Positions 32,992 to 44,253 of a DNA stretch of 64,000 bases are shown one piece after another (positions within the stretch are counted from its first letter, which is position 1; each line of letters begins with the position of its first letter). The position numbers and the translations under genes are program-made. The notes under the pieces were generated by a model. That model did not search any database. It was not told the origin of the DNA and worked only from the letters and a program-made list of their open reading frames with translations. The stretch lies in the NCBI RefSeq assembly GCF_055900595.2, contig NZ_CM148325.1; one strand, given 5' to 3'.

Positions 32992-35900
32992 TTGTCACCT
33001 CCGGACAGATGTTGCAATGTAATTTCGTCAATTGGCCCGAATGCAACGTGCCAACCCCTGGTTGTGAATAATGGAATAAATTCTTGATTATCAATAATCA
33101 ATGCCCATTTTTGTGATGGCCAGGCGAGATCGGCTTCCGCAATAATTTCACCTTCATCATTTTGCAATTCGTAGCCGAGAGTCGGCGCAGAGAGAGAATG
33201 AGACTGAAGCAACGCGATCTCTTCAGCGCTTAATAAGCCAAACTCAATAATCTCAGCCCAACTTTCATCAGTCTCTGGTACTGCCTCTGGCGTTGCCGTA
33301 ACTTTAACGTCAACGCTTTCCTGCGGTAAATGCACGGCTTTACGGCTGGTAAAGGTCATATCCGGCAGGAACTGTAACAGGTTTACCAGTCGCCAGAAGC
33401 CATTGAGTCCCGCTTCATAACCGTCATCCTGCGTATAGCGATCGTCAAAACAGATATGCAAACGCAGCCAGCTGCGCATTTGTGCGACACTGGTCGTCGG
33501 TTTAATGGCTTGTTGTGGCAACACCGAAGCCAGCTCAATAAATTGCTGCGATGAGTTACAGCTATCGAGTAAACCACCAAAGACAAACGGTTCGTCTGGC
33601 AAAAGCTCTGCTAGCCGCCAGGCTGGCGCGTTTTCCTGCATTTCATAGGCATACTTTTGTTTCGTTCCCGCGTCCTGTGACTTCTTCACATCCAACCACA
33701 CCCAGGCATGTGCAGCAGCCATTCTCTGCCATAACTGCGTTCTTCCGCCCGGATCGGCGAGATAATCCAGCAGCAGTGCAAAACTGTTGCGTTCCCGGAA
33801 CGACGCTTCAAGGGCCGCAAAGTTGGTATCGTGAAACAGGTTATAAAACTTAGGCTGTTTCATATCCGGGTTATGCCCAAGCCCCAGGACATCCTGAACA
33901 TGTTTAAGCCCAGGCTCTTTGAGATCGGCCCACGTGACTGTCCACACCCAGAAATTATCGCTATCCCGAATCGCCTGGCGTTTTTGCACATCCTCTGCGA
34001 CGCTATTTTTGTGAAACGCAAAGCCATCAAGGAAAATAGCTACCGGTTTAATGGCATCAGACTGCATAAGCGGATATAGCACGTAATCCGGGCGACAAGG
34101 GATCCCCACTGCCTCTTTAGCGCCTAAATCCACCTGAGCTTTAAGATGCCAGCTCATCATCGGTTCGCTGCGGGTGTTAATAATCCACCCAGCGCCCTGA
34201 TGCGCGTAACTGCGACTGACAATCAGGTTTTTATTTTCTTGCAGGCAGCTAATAAACCGTTTTTCCAGCTCACTGCCCATCATGGCTTCGAGGGAAATGT
34301 TTTTGATGGAATCAATTACCCGTATCGAATCTCTTGCCTGCAAAATTTTCGCCAGCAAGAGACGCGCCTGATCGCGGGAGACATACTTCATGCGCCCACG
34401 GTCACGGTAAGCGTAAACGCAACGATAACAACCATCTTTATGCGTATCATGGTTGCAACTGCATTCCACTATCGCCTGATAGGCCAGTTCAAGTAATTTC
34501 AGCAAATTGTCGGGAGTGCGCATCAGCTCTTTAAGAGAACCAGTCCCCCCCGGGACGGTATCGTAAATCACCAGATACTGCCGCCAGGATTCGCCTTCAT
34601 TTTCCGGCTCGCGGTACACAACGCCTTTCAGGTGATCGACATTCCCCTTGAAGTAATGTTTAAGGCCGAGCTGGATCGCCGCCCCAAGAGAAGCCTCCAC
34701 GACACGGTCATTACTGTAACTGCTTACCGGGAGCAGAATTCGCAACGCTTCTGACTCCAGCTGGCGATAGAGATAGAGATAATCTTCGAACTTCGCCTTT
34801 TCCGGTTCCGTGCGATATTTGCAGCTCAAATCATGACGTGGTTCATGATCGCGAGGACGCTGTACCATGCCGCACCCCAGGCAAACTTTAAACCCGGTTC
34901 GCTTCTTCGCTTCTCCGGCAATCATCAACTCATTGGCATCATCCGCCATTTTGCCGAAGTTGATATCCCGCAGGGTGACTTTGCTTAAAAATTCAAAACC
35001 AAACGGAACTTCGCCTTCCTCAATCGCGTATGCCGCCGATACATCTTCTTTTTCGAAACTAACCAATAGCTGACGCTGGAAGAAAGCAGGTTCACGGCTG
35101 TCGCTCTCGTCGCTGATCTGGCTATCACGTGCGCTGGCGCGGGCATACACCTGGCGAAGTTTCAGCAGCGTGGTTTTTTGTCCGGCGTCGGCCCACCCCG
35201 GTGTGCCACATTTCGGGCAATATTTATGCTGGTCGCCCGTCTGGTCGATATTTTCGCTGTAGTTACAGTGGCTACAGATACGCCAGTTCTCCGGCTCAGA
35301 GACCTTCAGGTCTATCTGCTCAATTTCAACTTTATGCCCACCGGCATAGAAATTATTCAGCGGAGCCAGCTCAGCCAGCGCCGTTGATGCCGGGCGTTCA
35401 TATTCGAAAGTGGTGTTTTGATATTCACGCGCTTCCCCGCCTTCTTTACGCCGCCAGAGCACAGAACGTAACGTAATACCGGCTTCCGGAAAGGCGTAGT
35501 TAGGCAGCAGACCTTCATCCGTGAGGAAATTCAGCGTCTGCTTATTGTTGATTTGATTGACTAGCGCCATCAGCGCCTGCCGTTCTGAAGTTAACTCGCG
35601 CATATCGCTGTCAAAGTTTTGATCGCGCGGCGCGTTCTCCAGCTTATCGATACTGCGCTTGAGTTTATCGATGCGTGAACGCAGAGATTTGCGATCTTCC
35701 ACCAGCAGTTTTAACGCCTCTTCGATACGCTGCACCAGAGAGCGTTGTCCTGGCGCGCCCTGAAGATAAGACAACAACTGTTGGCGAGTTTCTGCGGCAA
35801 GATCGGGGAAGATCGCCGTAAATTGTGCAGCAATCTCCGCATGATGCTGTTCGATATATCTCAGTAAGTTATACGGAAAACCCGATTTACGCCCGAACTC

Positions 35901-38900
35901 CAGCTCATCCAGCATCTGTTTGACGTTTTTACAGATAGCGGATTCTGGTACACCGGTTTTCACCCAGTTATCCATACAAAAAGCTGCCAGCTGGCGTTCG
36001 AGAATAGCCGTTGCATTGAGGAAGACGCCAGGAGCCTGCACCTGGCCCTGCATCATCTCCAGCGGTTCTTCAAAGAAAAACTGATCGTGCGGGTTCCCTT
36101 CTGCCACGGTAATGTTTAACGCGTTACCATCTTTACGACCGGCGCGACCAATACGCTGCAAGTAGTTGGCCTGAGCAGGTGGGACAGAACAGAGTAAAAC
36201 GGTGGAAAGATCCCCAACGTCAATACCCATCTCCAGCGTCGGTGTTGCCGACAACAGGTTGATATTCCACGGTTGGTTGCCGCGGTAGAACGATTTTTCG
36301 GTGGCTTCGCGATCTTCACGGCTAAGCAGCCCCGTGTGTTCTGCGCCCTGCACGCGCGCGATGTCCATGTTCTCCCAACGCCAGGTCGCCATATTGTCGA
36401 CTTCCTGGTAACGACCTTCACAACGTAAAGAGAGACAAGGCGCATTACGCCACTGCCAGCCTTGATCGGCCGGAGCCCGGACAACCTCACGGCAACATGA
36501 ACAATTAAGCTGAACGACGTCACGGCTCACCACCAGCGCAGAAGGCACCAGTCCCCAGGCTTCACGCCCTTTGGTGTCAAAATCTTTTACTACTCCGGCT
36601 ATTTTCAACGCCGTAAACAGGCGTCGTAACACTGTTTCCGCAACGCTACTGATAAACAGATTATTGCCGTTACTCAGCGTGCGATTGATCCAATGCTGAT
36701 ACCAACTGGGGTTAGACTTCGCGCCAATCAGGCGATGGAAACCATTAATTTTTTCAAACGACGCATAAGCCGGTTTACGCGTTTTCGGACCGATAGAAGG
36801 CATATAGCGCGAGGTACGCTCTTTTTGCGTCATCATAAAGGTCGTGCCATCACGGCGATAACTTTCGAACGTCGGATGCATAACGGCCCCGGCCTGGCGT
36901 TGATACCAAATAACCCCCAGCGCCAGGTGCGCGACCTGCTCGACGCTCACACCGGACATCTCATCACCCAGCTCTTCACAAAGCTGTTGATGCAGGGCGG
37001 TAATTGCCGGATTAAAGCGTTCTTTATCCACTCCGGCAACGGCATAACCGGTGGCTTCCAGCGTACGTCCGATACGCGCGCGCAGGGTAAATTCGCTGTA
37101 CACCTCCCAGTCGAGGCGCAGGGAAACCAGCTCCGGCAGATCGGAGTTCTCCGCCAGTTTGCCTTCATTTTTCAGTGTCTGATAATCATTCAGCCACTGC
37201 ATATTTGGTGCGATGAAGTTCGCTGCAAAATGAGCATCGTCCGGTGAACGTTCACGCGTTTGTTGGCAAACACGCGCCGCGAACGCATCCAGCGGTAATG
37301 TCTCTTTTTCGCCAAGAACACTGGCGATTTGCCCACGAATCATCAGCGGCCAGGTACGGGCAGTAAAGAAGCTGGCACGATGCGCGGCGTCTTGTACCGA
37401 GTCAGAAAACGTAATCAGCTTTTTATGTTCGTTGAACTGGCTGCCATAAAGCTGGTGAATCATCACCGCCGACAGACTGGCAGCCCGTGACCCCAGAATC
37501 GAAATCCCCTGTTTGCTGTTGCAGTACGGGCATTCATTAGCAAACTCCAGCTCGTCCTTACGCTCTTTGAGCATATCCGGGATCAGTACCTGCAACAGTT
37601 CCGTATGACCGCAATGTCCACACTGGACGCTGGACTGTCGGTTCAGTTTCAGACAGATAGGGCACAGTTTCTGGTGTGCGCCACTGACCGCTTTTTCGTT
37701 GTTATCCGGGAAAGCAAGGACGATGGAGCGCCCTTTTTCAAAGAACTGGCGATAAATGCCGTCGAGGTCTGTTTCCAGCTGAACGCTTTGCCCATGACGC
37801 AGGCTGGCCCAGCCGGTTGCGTGGCAGTCACGGCAGTGGATAACCGGCAAATAGTGTTCGCGATCTTCCACCGCCACATCATCGGCAAACACCAGTCTCG
37901 GCGTTTTCGCCACGCTGGCGACCAGACGACGCATCTCACGAAGCCACAACTGGGAACGCAGTTGCACAAACGGCAACACCGGGCGCGCTTTCTTCGCCTG
38001 GAGACGTTTTTGCCGATCGTGTTCCGTTTCCGGTACTTCGAGACGTGCCTGCGCGATCAGCGCCAGAATGCTTTGCAGCACGCGTCGGGCATGGTCGGCG
38101 CTTTCTGCCAGCATGACCTGGAGATTTTCCAGACACTCTCGTTCAGAGAGGATCCCGCCTTGCAGATCATGGAGTAAGACATGCATCACGCTGTGGCGGC
38201 GTAACAGTGACCCCAGCGCAATACGCTTTTCGCGCCCGTCGTCGCTCTCCAGATCGTCCGGGAGTTGCAAGTCGCTGTCGGAGAACCACAAAGGGATTTG
38301 TCCGTTGAGATACGCCACCGGGGTAGCGTAACTCTGCGGGTCCAGCGCCGAAGCGACCTCCGGCCCCGGATACTGACTGTACGCAATGGCGTAATCCTGC
38401 AAGTACTCCGCTGCCGTGTAGCGATCTTCGCGAATAACGGCGTCATCGGTAAACGGCTGGTCAAAGATTGTTTTTGCGTAATCGAGCAGTTGCCCCAGTT
38501 CGTCGCCGACGGTAGCTGATGTCCCGACGCAGGCGAATCGTTGGTTATCCACACCTATGTGATGCTTCAGACGTCGCACCAGACAGGCCAGATCCGACCC
38601 TTGCGCGCCATCAAACGTATGCAATTCATCCACGACCAGGTAACGCAATGAACCGGGCTGGTTGTAACGCCAGAGCGGCTGATCGCCAGGGCGCATCAGT
38701 AGGTAGTCGAGCATTTTGTAGTTGGTCAACAGGATGTCCGGCGGGCTTTCGCGCAGCGTGTGCTTACAGGTAATGACCTTTTCTGCCGACATTTTTTTGC
38801 TGGGTTCGATTTCGCTGTCGCCGACAAACAATCCGACGGTCACCTTGCCATGCAGTTGTGGATCGCTGGCGATGGTTTTGGCGAAACGGCTGGCCTGATC

Positions 38901-39329
38901 GGTTGCCAGGGCGTTCATCGGGTAGATGATAATTGCTTTAACCCCGGCTTGTGACGCGCCCGCGCAGTGGTTGAGCAGCGGGAACATAAAGCATTCTGTT
39001 TTACCGGAGCCGGTACCGGTAGCGACCAGTGTCGGCTGTGGCGCGTCGCATCCCAGACGCTGAAATGCCCGGGCCTGATGCGCGTGCGGCGGGAACGGCA
39101 GCGTCAGATTAGGGAAAAAATTCAGCGGTAAGTCACTTTTACGAAACGGCAACTGGGCGGAAAGGTATGGTCCTTTCAGCAGCGTTTCGGGCTGGGCCAG
39201 AAATTGCTCCAGCATTGAGACATTATCGTTATTCTCACCGTTAAACAGCGGGCTGTTTAGCGGGAACGCCGCCCGTAAAAAGGCGGCAACGCTGTCGGCG
39301 ACCTGCCGACTGACAACGGACGGCAACAT
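32988..39329 (-). CDS. Giant (2113 aa) DEAH-box helicase with C-terminal Cys-rich Zn-ribbon region (DUF1998/MrfA-like); fused DrmA+DrmB-type or DruE-like protein
   Basis: Motif I LVATGTGSGKTECFMFPLL, motif II YLVVDELHTF, motif VI QRIGRAGRKDG; Cys clusters CSHCNYSEN...CPKCG, CLGCGMV, CSCNHDTHKDGCYRC; start overlaps upstream stop by 1 nt (TGATG at 39327-39331). Confidence 0.8.
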   Translation of the reverse strand: MLPSVVSRQVADSVAAFLRAAFPLNSPLFNGENNDNVSMLEQFLAQPETLLKGPYLSAQLPFRKSDLPLNFFPNLTLPFPPHAHQARAFQRLGCDAPQPTLVATGTGSGKTECFMFPLLNHCAGASQAGVKAIIIYPMNALATDQASRFAKTIASDPQLHGKVTVGLFVGDSEIEPSKKMSAEKVITCKHTLRESPPDILLTNYKMLDYLLMRPGDQPLWRYNQPGSLRYLVVDELHTFDGAQGSDLACLVRRLKHHIGVDNQRFACVGTSATVGDELGQLLDYAKTIFDQPFTDDAVIREDRYTAAEYLQDYAIAYSQYPGPEVASALDPQSYATPVAYLNGQIPLWFSDSDLQLPDDLESDDGREKRIALGSLLRRHSVMHVLLHDLQGGILSERECLENLQVMLAESADHARRVLQSILALIAQARLEVPETEHDRQKRLQAKKARPVLPFVQLRSQLWLREMRRLVASVAKTPRLVFADDVAVEDREHYLPVIHCRDCHATGWASLRHGQSVQLETDLDGIYRQFFEKGRSIVLAFPDNNEKAVSGAHQKLCPICLKLNRQSSVQCGHCGHTELLQVLIPDMLKERKDELEFANECPYCNSKQGISILGSRAASLSAVMIHQLYGSQFNEHKKLITFSDSVQDAAHRASFFTARTWPLMIRGQIASVLGEKETLPLDAFAARVCQQTRERSPDDAHFAANFIAPNMQWLNDYQTLKNEGKLAENSDLPELVSLRLDWEVYSEFTLRARIGRTLEATGYAVAGVDKERFNPAITALHQQLCEELGDEMSGVSVEQVAHLALGVIWYQRQAGAVMHPTFESYRRDGTTFMMTQKERTSRYMPSIGPKTRKPAYASFEKINGFHRLIGAKSNPSWYQHWINRTLSNGNNLFISSVAETVLRRLFTALKIAGVVKDFDTKGREAWGLVPSALVVSRDVVQLNCSCCREVVRAPADQGWQWRNAPCLSLRCEGRYQEVDNMATWRWENMDIARVQGAEHTGLLSREDREATEKSFYRGNQPWNINLLSATPTLEMGIDVGDLSTVLLCSVPPAQANYLQRIGRAGRKDGNALNITVAEGNPHDQFFFEEPLEMMQGQVQAPGVFLNATAILERQLAAFCMDNWVKTGVPESAICKNVKQMLDELEFGRKSGFPYNLLRYIEQHHAEIAAQFTAIFPDLAAETRQQLLSYLQGAPGQRSLVQRIEEALKLLVEDRKSLRSRIDKLKRSIDKLENAPRDQNFDSDMRELTSERQALMALVNQINNKQTLNFLTDEGLLPNYAFPEAGITLRSVLWRRKEGGEAREYQNTTFEYERPASTALAELAPLNNFYAGGHKVEIEQIDLKVSEPENWRICSHCNYSENIDQTGDQHKYCPKCGTPGWADAGQKTTLLKLRQVYARASARDSQISDESDSREPAFFQRQLLVSFEKEDVSAAYAIEEGEVPFGFEFLSKVTLRDINFGKMADDANELMIAGEAKKRTGFKVCLGCGMVQRPRDHEPRHDLSCKYRTEPEKAKFEDYLYLYRQLESEALRILLPVSSYSNDRVVEASLGAAIQLGLKHYFKGNVDHLKGVVYREPENEGESWRQYLVIYDTVPGGTGSLKELMRTPDNLLKLLELAYQAIVECSCNHDTHKDGCYRCVYAYRDRGRMKYVSRDQARLLLAKILQARDSIRVIDSIKNISLEAMMGSELEKRFISCLQENKNLIVSRSYAHQGAGWIINTRSEPMMSWHLKAQVDLGAKEAVGIPCRPDYVLYPLMQSDAIKPVAIFLDGFAFHKNSVAEDVQKRQAIRDSDNFWVWTVTWADLKEPGLKHVQDVLGLGHNPDMKQPKFYNLFHDTNFAALEASFRERNSFALLLDYLADPGGRTQLWQRMAAAHAWVWLDVKKSQDAGTKQKYAYEMQENAPAWRLAELLPDEPFVFGGLLDSCNSSQQFIELASVLPQQAIKPTTSVAQMRSWLRLHICFDDRYTQDDGYEAGLNGFWRLVNLLQFLPDMTFTSRKAVHLPQESVDVKVTATPEAVPETDESWAEIIEFGLLSAEEIALLQSHSLSAPTLGYELQNDEGEIIAEADLAWPSQKWALIIDNQEFIPLFTTRGWHVAFGPIDEITLQHLSGGDK

Positions 39330-42300
39330 CAGGCGCTCTCCTTATCTTGTGCAAAGAACGCCCAGGCCACTTTGTAATCGTCTTCGCGATCCGGCTTGAT
39401 AAACGGAGCCTGCCAGGTGACGGTACGGCGCTCGCCTTCGTCGCTGCGGGTATAGTCATCAAAGGTGACGCTGACGGTACCGGTTTGCAGATGTTTGACA
39501 TCATCCCAGCCGATAGCCTGATCGGTGCAGTCACCGCCGGTCCAGTCCGGGCTGTCGACGTTAAAGACAAAGCCGTTTTTCAGGTCAGCTTTACGCGCAG
39601 TGCGAGGCAAGCCAACGCCCACCAGCCCTTTGCTTGGGGTAAAGATAATGCGACCGTTTTGATCGTACCAGGTATCCGCTTCGTACTGGCGCATCACCGG
39701 GAACTGAACGCGATAAATGGTAAGCAGTTCTTCGAGGGTTAACCCTAGCGCCTGCGCCACCAGTACGTCGATTTCCACCAGCGCCTGACGACGACTGTAG
39801 TCAGAGCGTAAGGCGCAGTTACGCTGCCACTCTGGGGTCAGATTGGTGAAGAAATCCTGGGGAAGCGGCGGGAGATCGCGGCTCCAGCGCTGGGTGTTGA
39901 AGTCTGGGGTGTAGCAGGATTGCCAGAGATCAGCGTAATCTTTCGTTAACACATTCAAAGCTAATGCTCTTGAGTTTGCACTCATTAACTCAACATAAGG
40001 GAAGCCACGCAATGTTGATTCATAAACATCCGCCCGCCCTGTTGTTTTCAAATAAAAATCAGCCACTATTGAATGGCAAAATGCAGAGAAACTTAGCAGG
40101 TTTATTGGCTCTCTAAATGTTGTTGAGAGTACAGGGTGTATATGAGCAACGTGCTTTGGAACTATGCTGGATATCATCGAGCGTTCTGATGATGCCCCAA
40201 ACATTCTTCGATTAACAAAACGATAATAGTCCGTCACCTTCCTCGGCTCGTCTTCATCCTGCTCTTTCCACGAAACCCGTGGGGTGCGCTTTGCATACTC
40301 CTGTGCATCACAGGCTGGAATATAGTTAGTGCGCGGCAAATAGTCGTCGGGCAGAGTTAGCAATTCTAGGTTATCGTATGCTTTATTCGTGTCACAAACC
40401 GCTCTAGGCGTATTGTAGAAAGGATTGCCAACAAAAAAATGAGGGCCAGACAAAACCCATTGTGATGCTTCTTCCGGGAACTGTGTATGTCGCTCAATTG
40501 TACCATCGCTTTGCTGATTAGTTTCATGCCACATTTCTAGAGAATAATATTGCCCCTGCAAATCACCTAATCGCCTAGGTTGTTTCGCAAACTTTTCAAG
40601 TACTGCAACCAATTGAGTAGCATGTAACGCAGGAAGACGGGCTTCATGTGCTGTAGTGCCAGCACTATCATAGAGACGCGAGAAAAGACCTAATTGCTTT
40701 AAATTTACATGCAAGACTCGATCGAAATGTCCCTGAAAATTCCATTTAACCTTTATTTTACCATCAATTTCAGTTTCTTCTTTTATCCCCGGAACAATGC
40801 CTTCCCCTTTATGTTCAAAACACGCATCAATAGTTTGAGGAATAAATAAATTTGCTATATTTGAGAATGCCACTATCTGAGAATAGGGGCCATACACATT
40901 AATGCTAAATAATGTCTGGTTATGCACCTCAGTGAATAATTTCGTTTCATTAATAAACTGAAAATGCGCCCTAAGCCTCGGATATACCGACGCACGCAGC
41001 TGCCCGCCTTTTGGGTCATCATAAATCCCTTCCGGGTGCAGGAACCCTGCCACGCCTTTCTCTGCCCCCAGACGCCAGGCCTGCGGCAGGAAGCATTTAT
41101 ACAAGTTGGTCTGCACCCCGCGCAGTACCGGGTAGTTCTGCTGCGCATTGAGGAAGTTTTGCATCCCTTCACAGCCTTCATACTCGCTGCGCCAGGCCGC
41201 TTCCAGCGCCGGGATCTGGTTAAAGGTATCAATACGCAACGTTGCCAGCTTCGATGCACTCAGCTTACGCAGCACAAATTCCGGCTCGTAATCACCCAGC
41301 ACGCCCGCTTCCTGCCATTCCACTTTCAGCCACGGCGGGTTTCCGAGCATCAGGTCAAAACCGCCACGCTCGGCAAACAAGTCGCAGAACTCCAGATCCC
41401 AGTGGAAGAAACGGTGCTGCTTTCTCAGGGCATCGACAATCGCCAGACGCGGCAAATGACGGAACAACACCTCGGTTTTCAGACGACCAGCAACGGAAAA
41501 CAGCGAAGACTCTTCTCGCAGCAGGCCGTCTTCGGCAAACAGATCGCCAGTGGTGTGCTCCGCAACTTCAGTGACTTTTTCCGTGATTACAATCCCGTCG
41601 AGCAGGGTTTCAATCTCAAACAACCAGGTGCCGCGATCCGGTAACTCATCGGCTTTGTCGATCGGCCAGAACCACAGCGCGCACCAGTAGTCCATCACCC
41701 AACGCAGCTTCTGGTAGGCGCTGTTATCTTCAAGACGACCGCTAAAGGTTTCATCTTTACTGCTCAGCGAAGAACGCGTCTGCTCGCTGTTTTCTGCCGG
41801 CCACACCGGGTAGCTGTCGGCGGTTTTCAGACGTTCTGCTTTAAGTTGCTGGCGATAGGTGTTCCACAGAGCTTCCACCTTTTCGCTGATACGCTGCACA
41901 TCAGCAATCTCATGCCCGGCAAAGCTTTTAATAAACTCTTTGCGCCAGCTGTCCAGGGCTTTGAAGTCATCCGGATAACGCTGCTTAACAGTTTTATCGC
42001 TGTAGTTAGCCATACCGCCGTCGGGCAGCAGGAAGTGAAAAATCTGCGTCTCTTCACGCGGCGTGTTCATCGCCAGTTCGACCGGCTCGCTGTTAAGCCA
42101 GCTCGGATCTTTGGCTTTTTTGTAGGTCAGTTCACTCTTGTTGAACACCTGACGGCGCGCGCCCACCAGTGAGTTACCGCAGTGCAGCTGGTAACCAAAC
42201 CACGGTACAAAGGCATCGCCACTGATGGCGTTCAACCACAGCGACACTTCCGCCAGTTCCACCGCCACCGGGTTTAAGTCCACGCCGAAAACGTTGTTGT

Positions 42301-44251
42301 CGGCAATGTACATTTTCACCCGCTGTAACTCCTGGGTGTAACGATCCTGCGGAATACGGCGACCTTCCGCCTGCTGCTTGTGGAACAGATACGCTTCCGC
42401 CAGCTGGTTGATGGCTTCGTTAAGGAACGCCGCGCTGCCCATCGCCGGTTCGCACACGGTGAGGTTTAAGATGGCATCAGCTTTGGCGTGCGGATCGCTA
42501 ATGGGATCAATCTGCTCCTTAAACAGTTCTTTCAGGGCATATTTAACCAGTGAGCGGGTCAGCACTTCCGGGGTGTAATAAGAGGCAGATTTCTCACGGT
42601 CGCGCCCGGCCATACGGTAGATAAAACTGCCTTTGCGGTGAATGCGCAGACTGCCGTCTTTCTCGTAGACCTTCTCGTCTTCGTGGTATTTGCCAATCTC
42701 ATCCTTACTGACGAAGTAACCCGTCTCCAGCTCGTTAAACTCTTCCCCGGCTTTCTTCACCTCGTAGAGATCTTCGCTGGCGAAGAATCCGCGATAGGAA
42801 AGCAGCGCCTCATACACCGCACCTAACTGGTTGATACCCAACTGGCGATAAGAAATACGTCCGCGGCGGTTAAAGCGCCCTTTGCCCGGGCGGCTTAACG
42901 ACATCGCCTGGATAATCTGTTGCAGGGTTTCGTTACGGAATACCACGCGGTTAAGAATGCGGGTGTTGTTGGCATCGAAAAGATGACTTTCCAGACGCGG
43001 GACGCTGAACTGATGACTATGGATGGTGATCCGGTCGCCGCTCTCCAGGTCACTCTGTATTTTCACGCCGCCGTTGTAGCCTTCGCGCACCAGTTTAAAC
43101 AGCATATTCAGGCTGTCGTGGAAGTAGCGCCCGTTGCGATCTTCTTCGCTGGTCAGCGGGATCATCTCCAGATCGCGCAACGTTTCCAGGCTGTAACCTT
43201 GCAGATAGGTTTTGGCGGTCATTGGCGCATAACCCAGCTCCGGGCGCGCTTCAATGTAGAACAGGAACAGCAGGCGGTACATGTAACGCAGACATTCGCG
43301 GCTCAGTTCATCCGGGTCCACCGCACGGTTACCGGTATAGTTTGCCAGGCCACGGTCGATCAGATAATGCATCGCTTCGTTGCCCAGCAGCTCAATACTT
43401 TCGCGCAGGGCATATTTCAGATCTTCCGAAACACCAAACGCATGTTTGTGCGAATTGTCATCCAGCGAGTCAAGATAAGGTGCCCCACTGCCCGGCAGCA
43501 GCGAATCTTTATGTAGCAACACTGCCGTCGCTTTCAGCGTATCCGTTTCACGACGACTTAAAATCTCTTCAAAATCAAAACGTAGCAGACGGTTTTGCGC
43601 CCACTTAGTACGGTCCAACAACAATAGCTGACGGTTACCGAGCAGCAGCACAAAACGCGGCGGTTCATTTTGAGTGAAGACCGCCGTAGAGAGCAGATCC
43701 TGCCAGCTGCGATATTCACCGTTGGCTTTTTTGCGCAGGCTGTCGCGCTTATGTTTGTCGGTATCCGCCGGGAATTGCGCGGTCAGTAAAGAGAGCGCCA
43801 GCGGATCCAGCGTTCCTTCTTCCTGATCGTGTGCTTCAACAATCCACAGCCACGGGCTACCGTCAGTGCTGTTGTAACGCGCCAGTACCGGCAGTGGTGT
43901 ATCGTCATCCAGCATTTGGATCTGCGGCGTAATTTCGTAGCCCAGCGCCTTTAACAATGGCTGCCAGCGATTACGTTGATCGGCCAGACGCTGCGGGATC
44001 TGACGCTGTTTTTCGTGCTCGGCAAGTTTGCGGAAAAACTCAGTCGCCAGACTGTTAAACTGGTTCCACGGAGCGCGGTATCCCGGCTCTACGTCTTTGC
44101 CCTGTTCACGAGCGGCACGCTCCGCTTCACGCGCTGCATTTTCCTGGGCTATCCAGGGTTCCAGCACATCGCGGATATCACTGGTGAATACCTCACCCAA
44201 ATAGTGGTTAGAGTAAAATTCGTTTTCGTTATTAATACCGACCAGCGCCAT
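39329..44251 (-). CDS. Large (1640 aa) N6-adenine (amino) DNA methyltransferase, DrmMI-like
   Basis: AdoMet-binding motif I CEPAMGSAAFLNEA and catalytic motif IV GNPPW (NPPW = N6A/N4C amino-MTase signature); starts 2 bp after the SNF2 gene stop. Confidence 0.85.
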   Translation of the reverse strand: MALVGINNENEFYSNHYLGEVFTSDIRDVLEPWIAQENAAREAERAAREQGKDVEPGYRAPWNQFNSLATEFFRKLAEHEKQRQIPQRLADQRNRWQPLLKALGYEITPQIQMLDDDTPLPVLARYNSTDGSPWLWIVEAHDQEEGTLDPLALSLLTAQFPADTDKHKRDSLRKKANGEYRSWQDLLSTAVFTQNEPPRFVLLLGNRQLLLLDRTKWAQNRLLRFDFEEILSRRETDTLKATAVLLHKDSLLPGSGAPYLDSLDDNSHKHAFGVSEDLKYALRESIELLGNEAMHYLIDRGLANYTGNRAVDPDELSRECLRYMYRLLFLFYIEARPELGYAPMTAKTYLQGYSLETLRDLEMIPLTSEEDRNGRYFHDSLNMLFKLVREGYNGGVKIQSDLESGDRITIHSHQFSVPRLESHLFDANNTRILNRVVFRNETLQQIIQAMSLSRPGKGRFNRRGRISYRQLGINQLGAVYEALLSYRGFFASEDLYEVKKAGEEFNELETGYFVSKDEIGKYHEDEKVYEKDGSLRIHRKGSFIYRMAGRDREKSASYYTPEVLTRSLVKYALKELFKEQIDPISDPHAKADAILNLTVCEPAMGSAAFLNEAINQLAEAYLFHKQQAEGRRIPQDRYTQELQRVKMYIADNNVFGVDLNPVAVELAEVSLWLNAISGDAFVPWFGYQLHCGNSLVGARRQVFNKSELTYKKAKDPSWLNSEPVELAMNTPREETQIFHFLLPDGGMANYSDKTVKQRYPDDFKALDSWRKEFIKSFAGHEIADVQRISEKVEALWNTYRQQLKAERLKTADSYPVWPAENSEQTRSSLSSKDETFSGRLEDNSAYQKLRWVMDYWCALWFWPIDKADELPDRGTWLFEIETLLDGIVITEKVTEVAEHTTGDLFAEDGLLREESSLFSVAGRLKTEVLFRHLPRLAIVDALRKQHRFFHWDLEFCDLFAERGGFDLMLGNPPWLKVEWQEAGVLGDYEPEFVLRKLSASKLATLRIDTFNQIPALEAAWRSEYEGCEGMQNFLNAQQNYPVLRGVQTNLYKCFLPQAWRLGAEKGVAGFLHPEGIYDDPKGGQLRASVYPRLRAHFQFINETKLFTEVHNQTLFSINVYGPYSQIVAFSNIANLFIPQTIDACFEHKGEGIVPGIKEETEIDGKIKVKWNFQGHFDRVLHVNLKQLGLFSRLYDSAGTTAHEARLPALHATQLVAVLEKFAKQPRRLGDLQGQYYSLEMWHETNQQSDGTIERHTQFPEEASQWVLSGPHFFVGNPFYNTPRAVCDTNKAYDNLELLTLPDDYLPRTNYIPACDAQEYAKRTPRVSWKEQDEDEPRKVTDYYRFVNRRMFGASSERSMISSIVPKHVAHIHPVLSTTFREPINLLSFSAFCHSIVADFYLKTTGRADVYESTLRGFPYVELMSANSRALALNVLTKDYADLWQSCYTPDFNTQRWSRDLPPLPQDFFTNLTPEWQRNCALRSDYSRRQALVEIDVLVAQALGLTLEELLTIYRVQFPVMRQYEADTWYDQNGRIIFTPSKGLVGVGLPRTARKADLKNGFVFNVDSPDWTGGDCTDQAIGWDDVKHLQTGTVSVTFDDYTRSDEGERRTVTWQAPFIKPDREDDYKVAWAFFAQDKESA

Positions 44252-44253
44252 GA

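Noticed and set aside
36693-37247. 184-aa plus-strand ORF
   Set aside because: Antisense within the 2113-aa helicase gene; shadow ORF.
39329-44251. BREX PglX interpretation of the large methyltransferase
   Set aside because: No BrxC-like ATPase, PglZ phosphatase or BrxL genes nearby; the SNF2 plus helicase/Zn-ribbon context fits DISARM-like organisation better.
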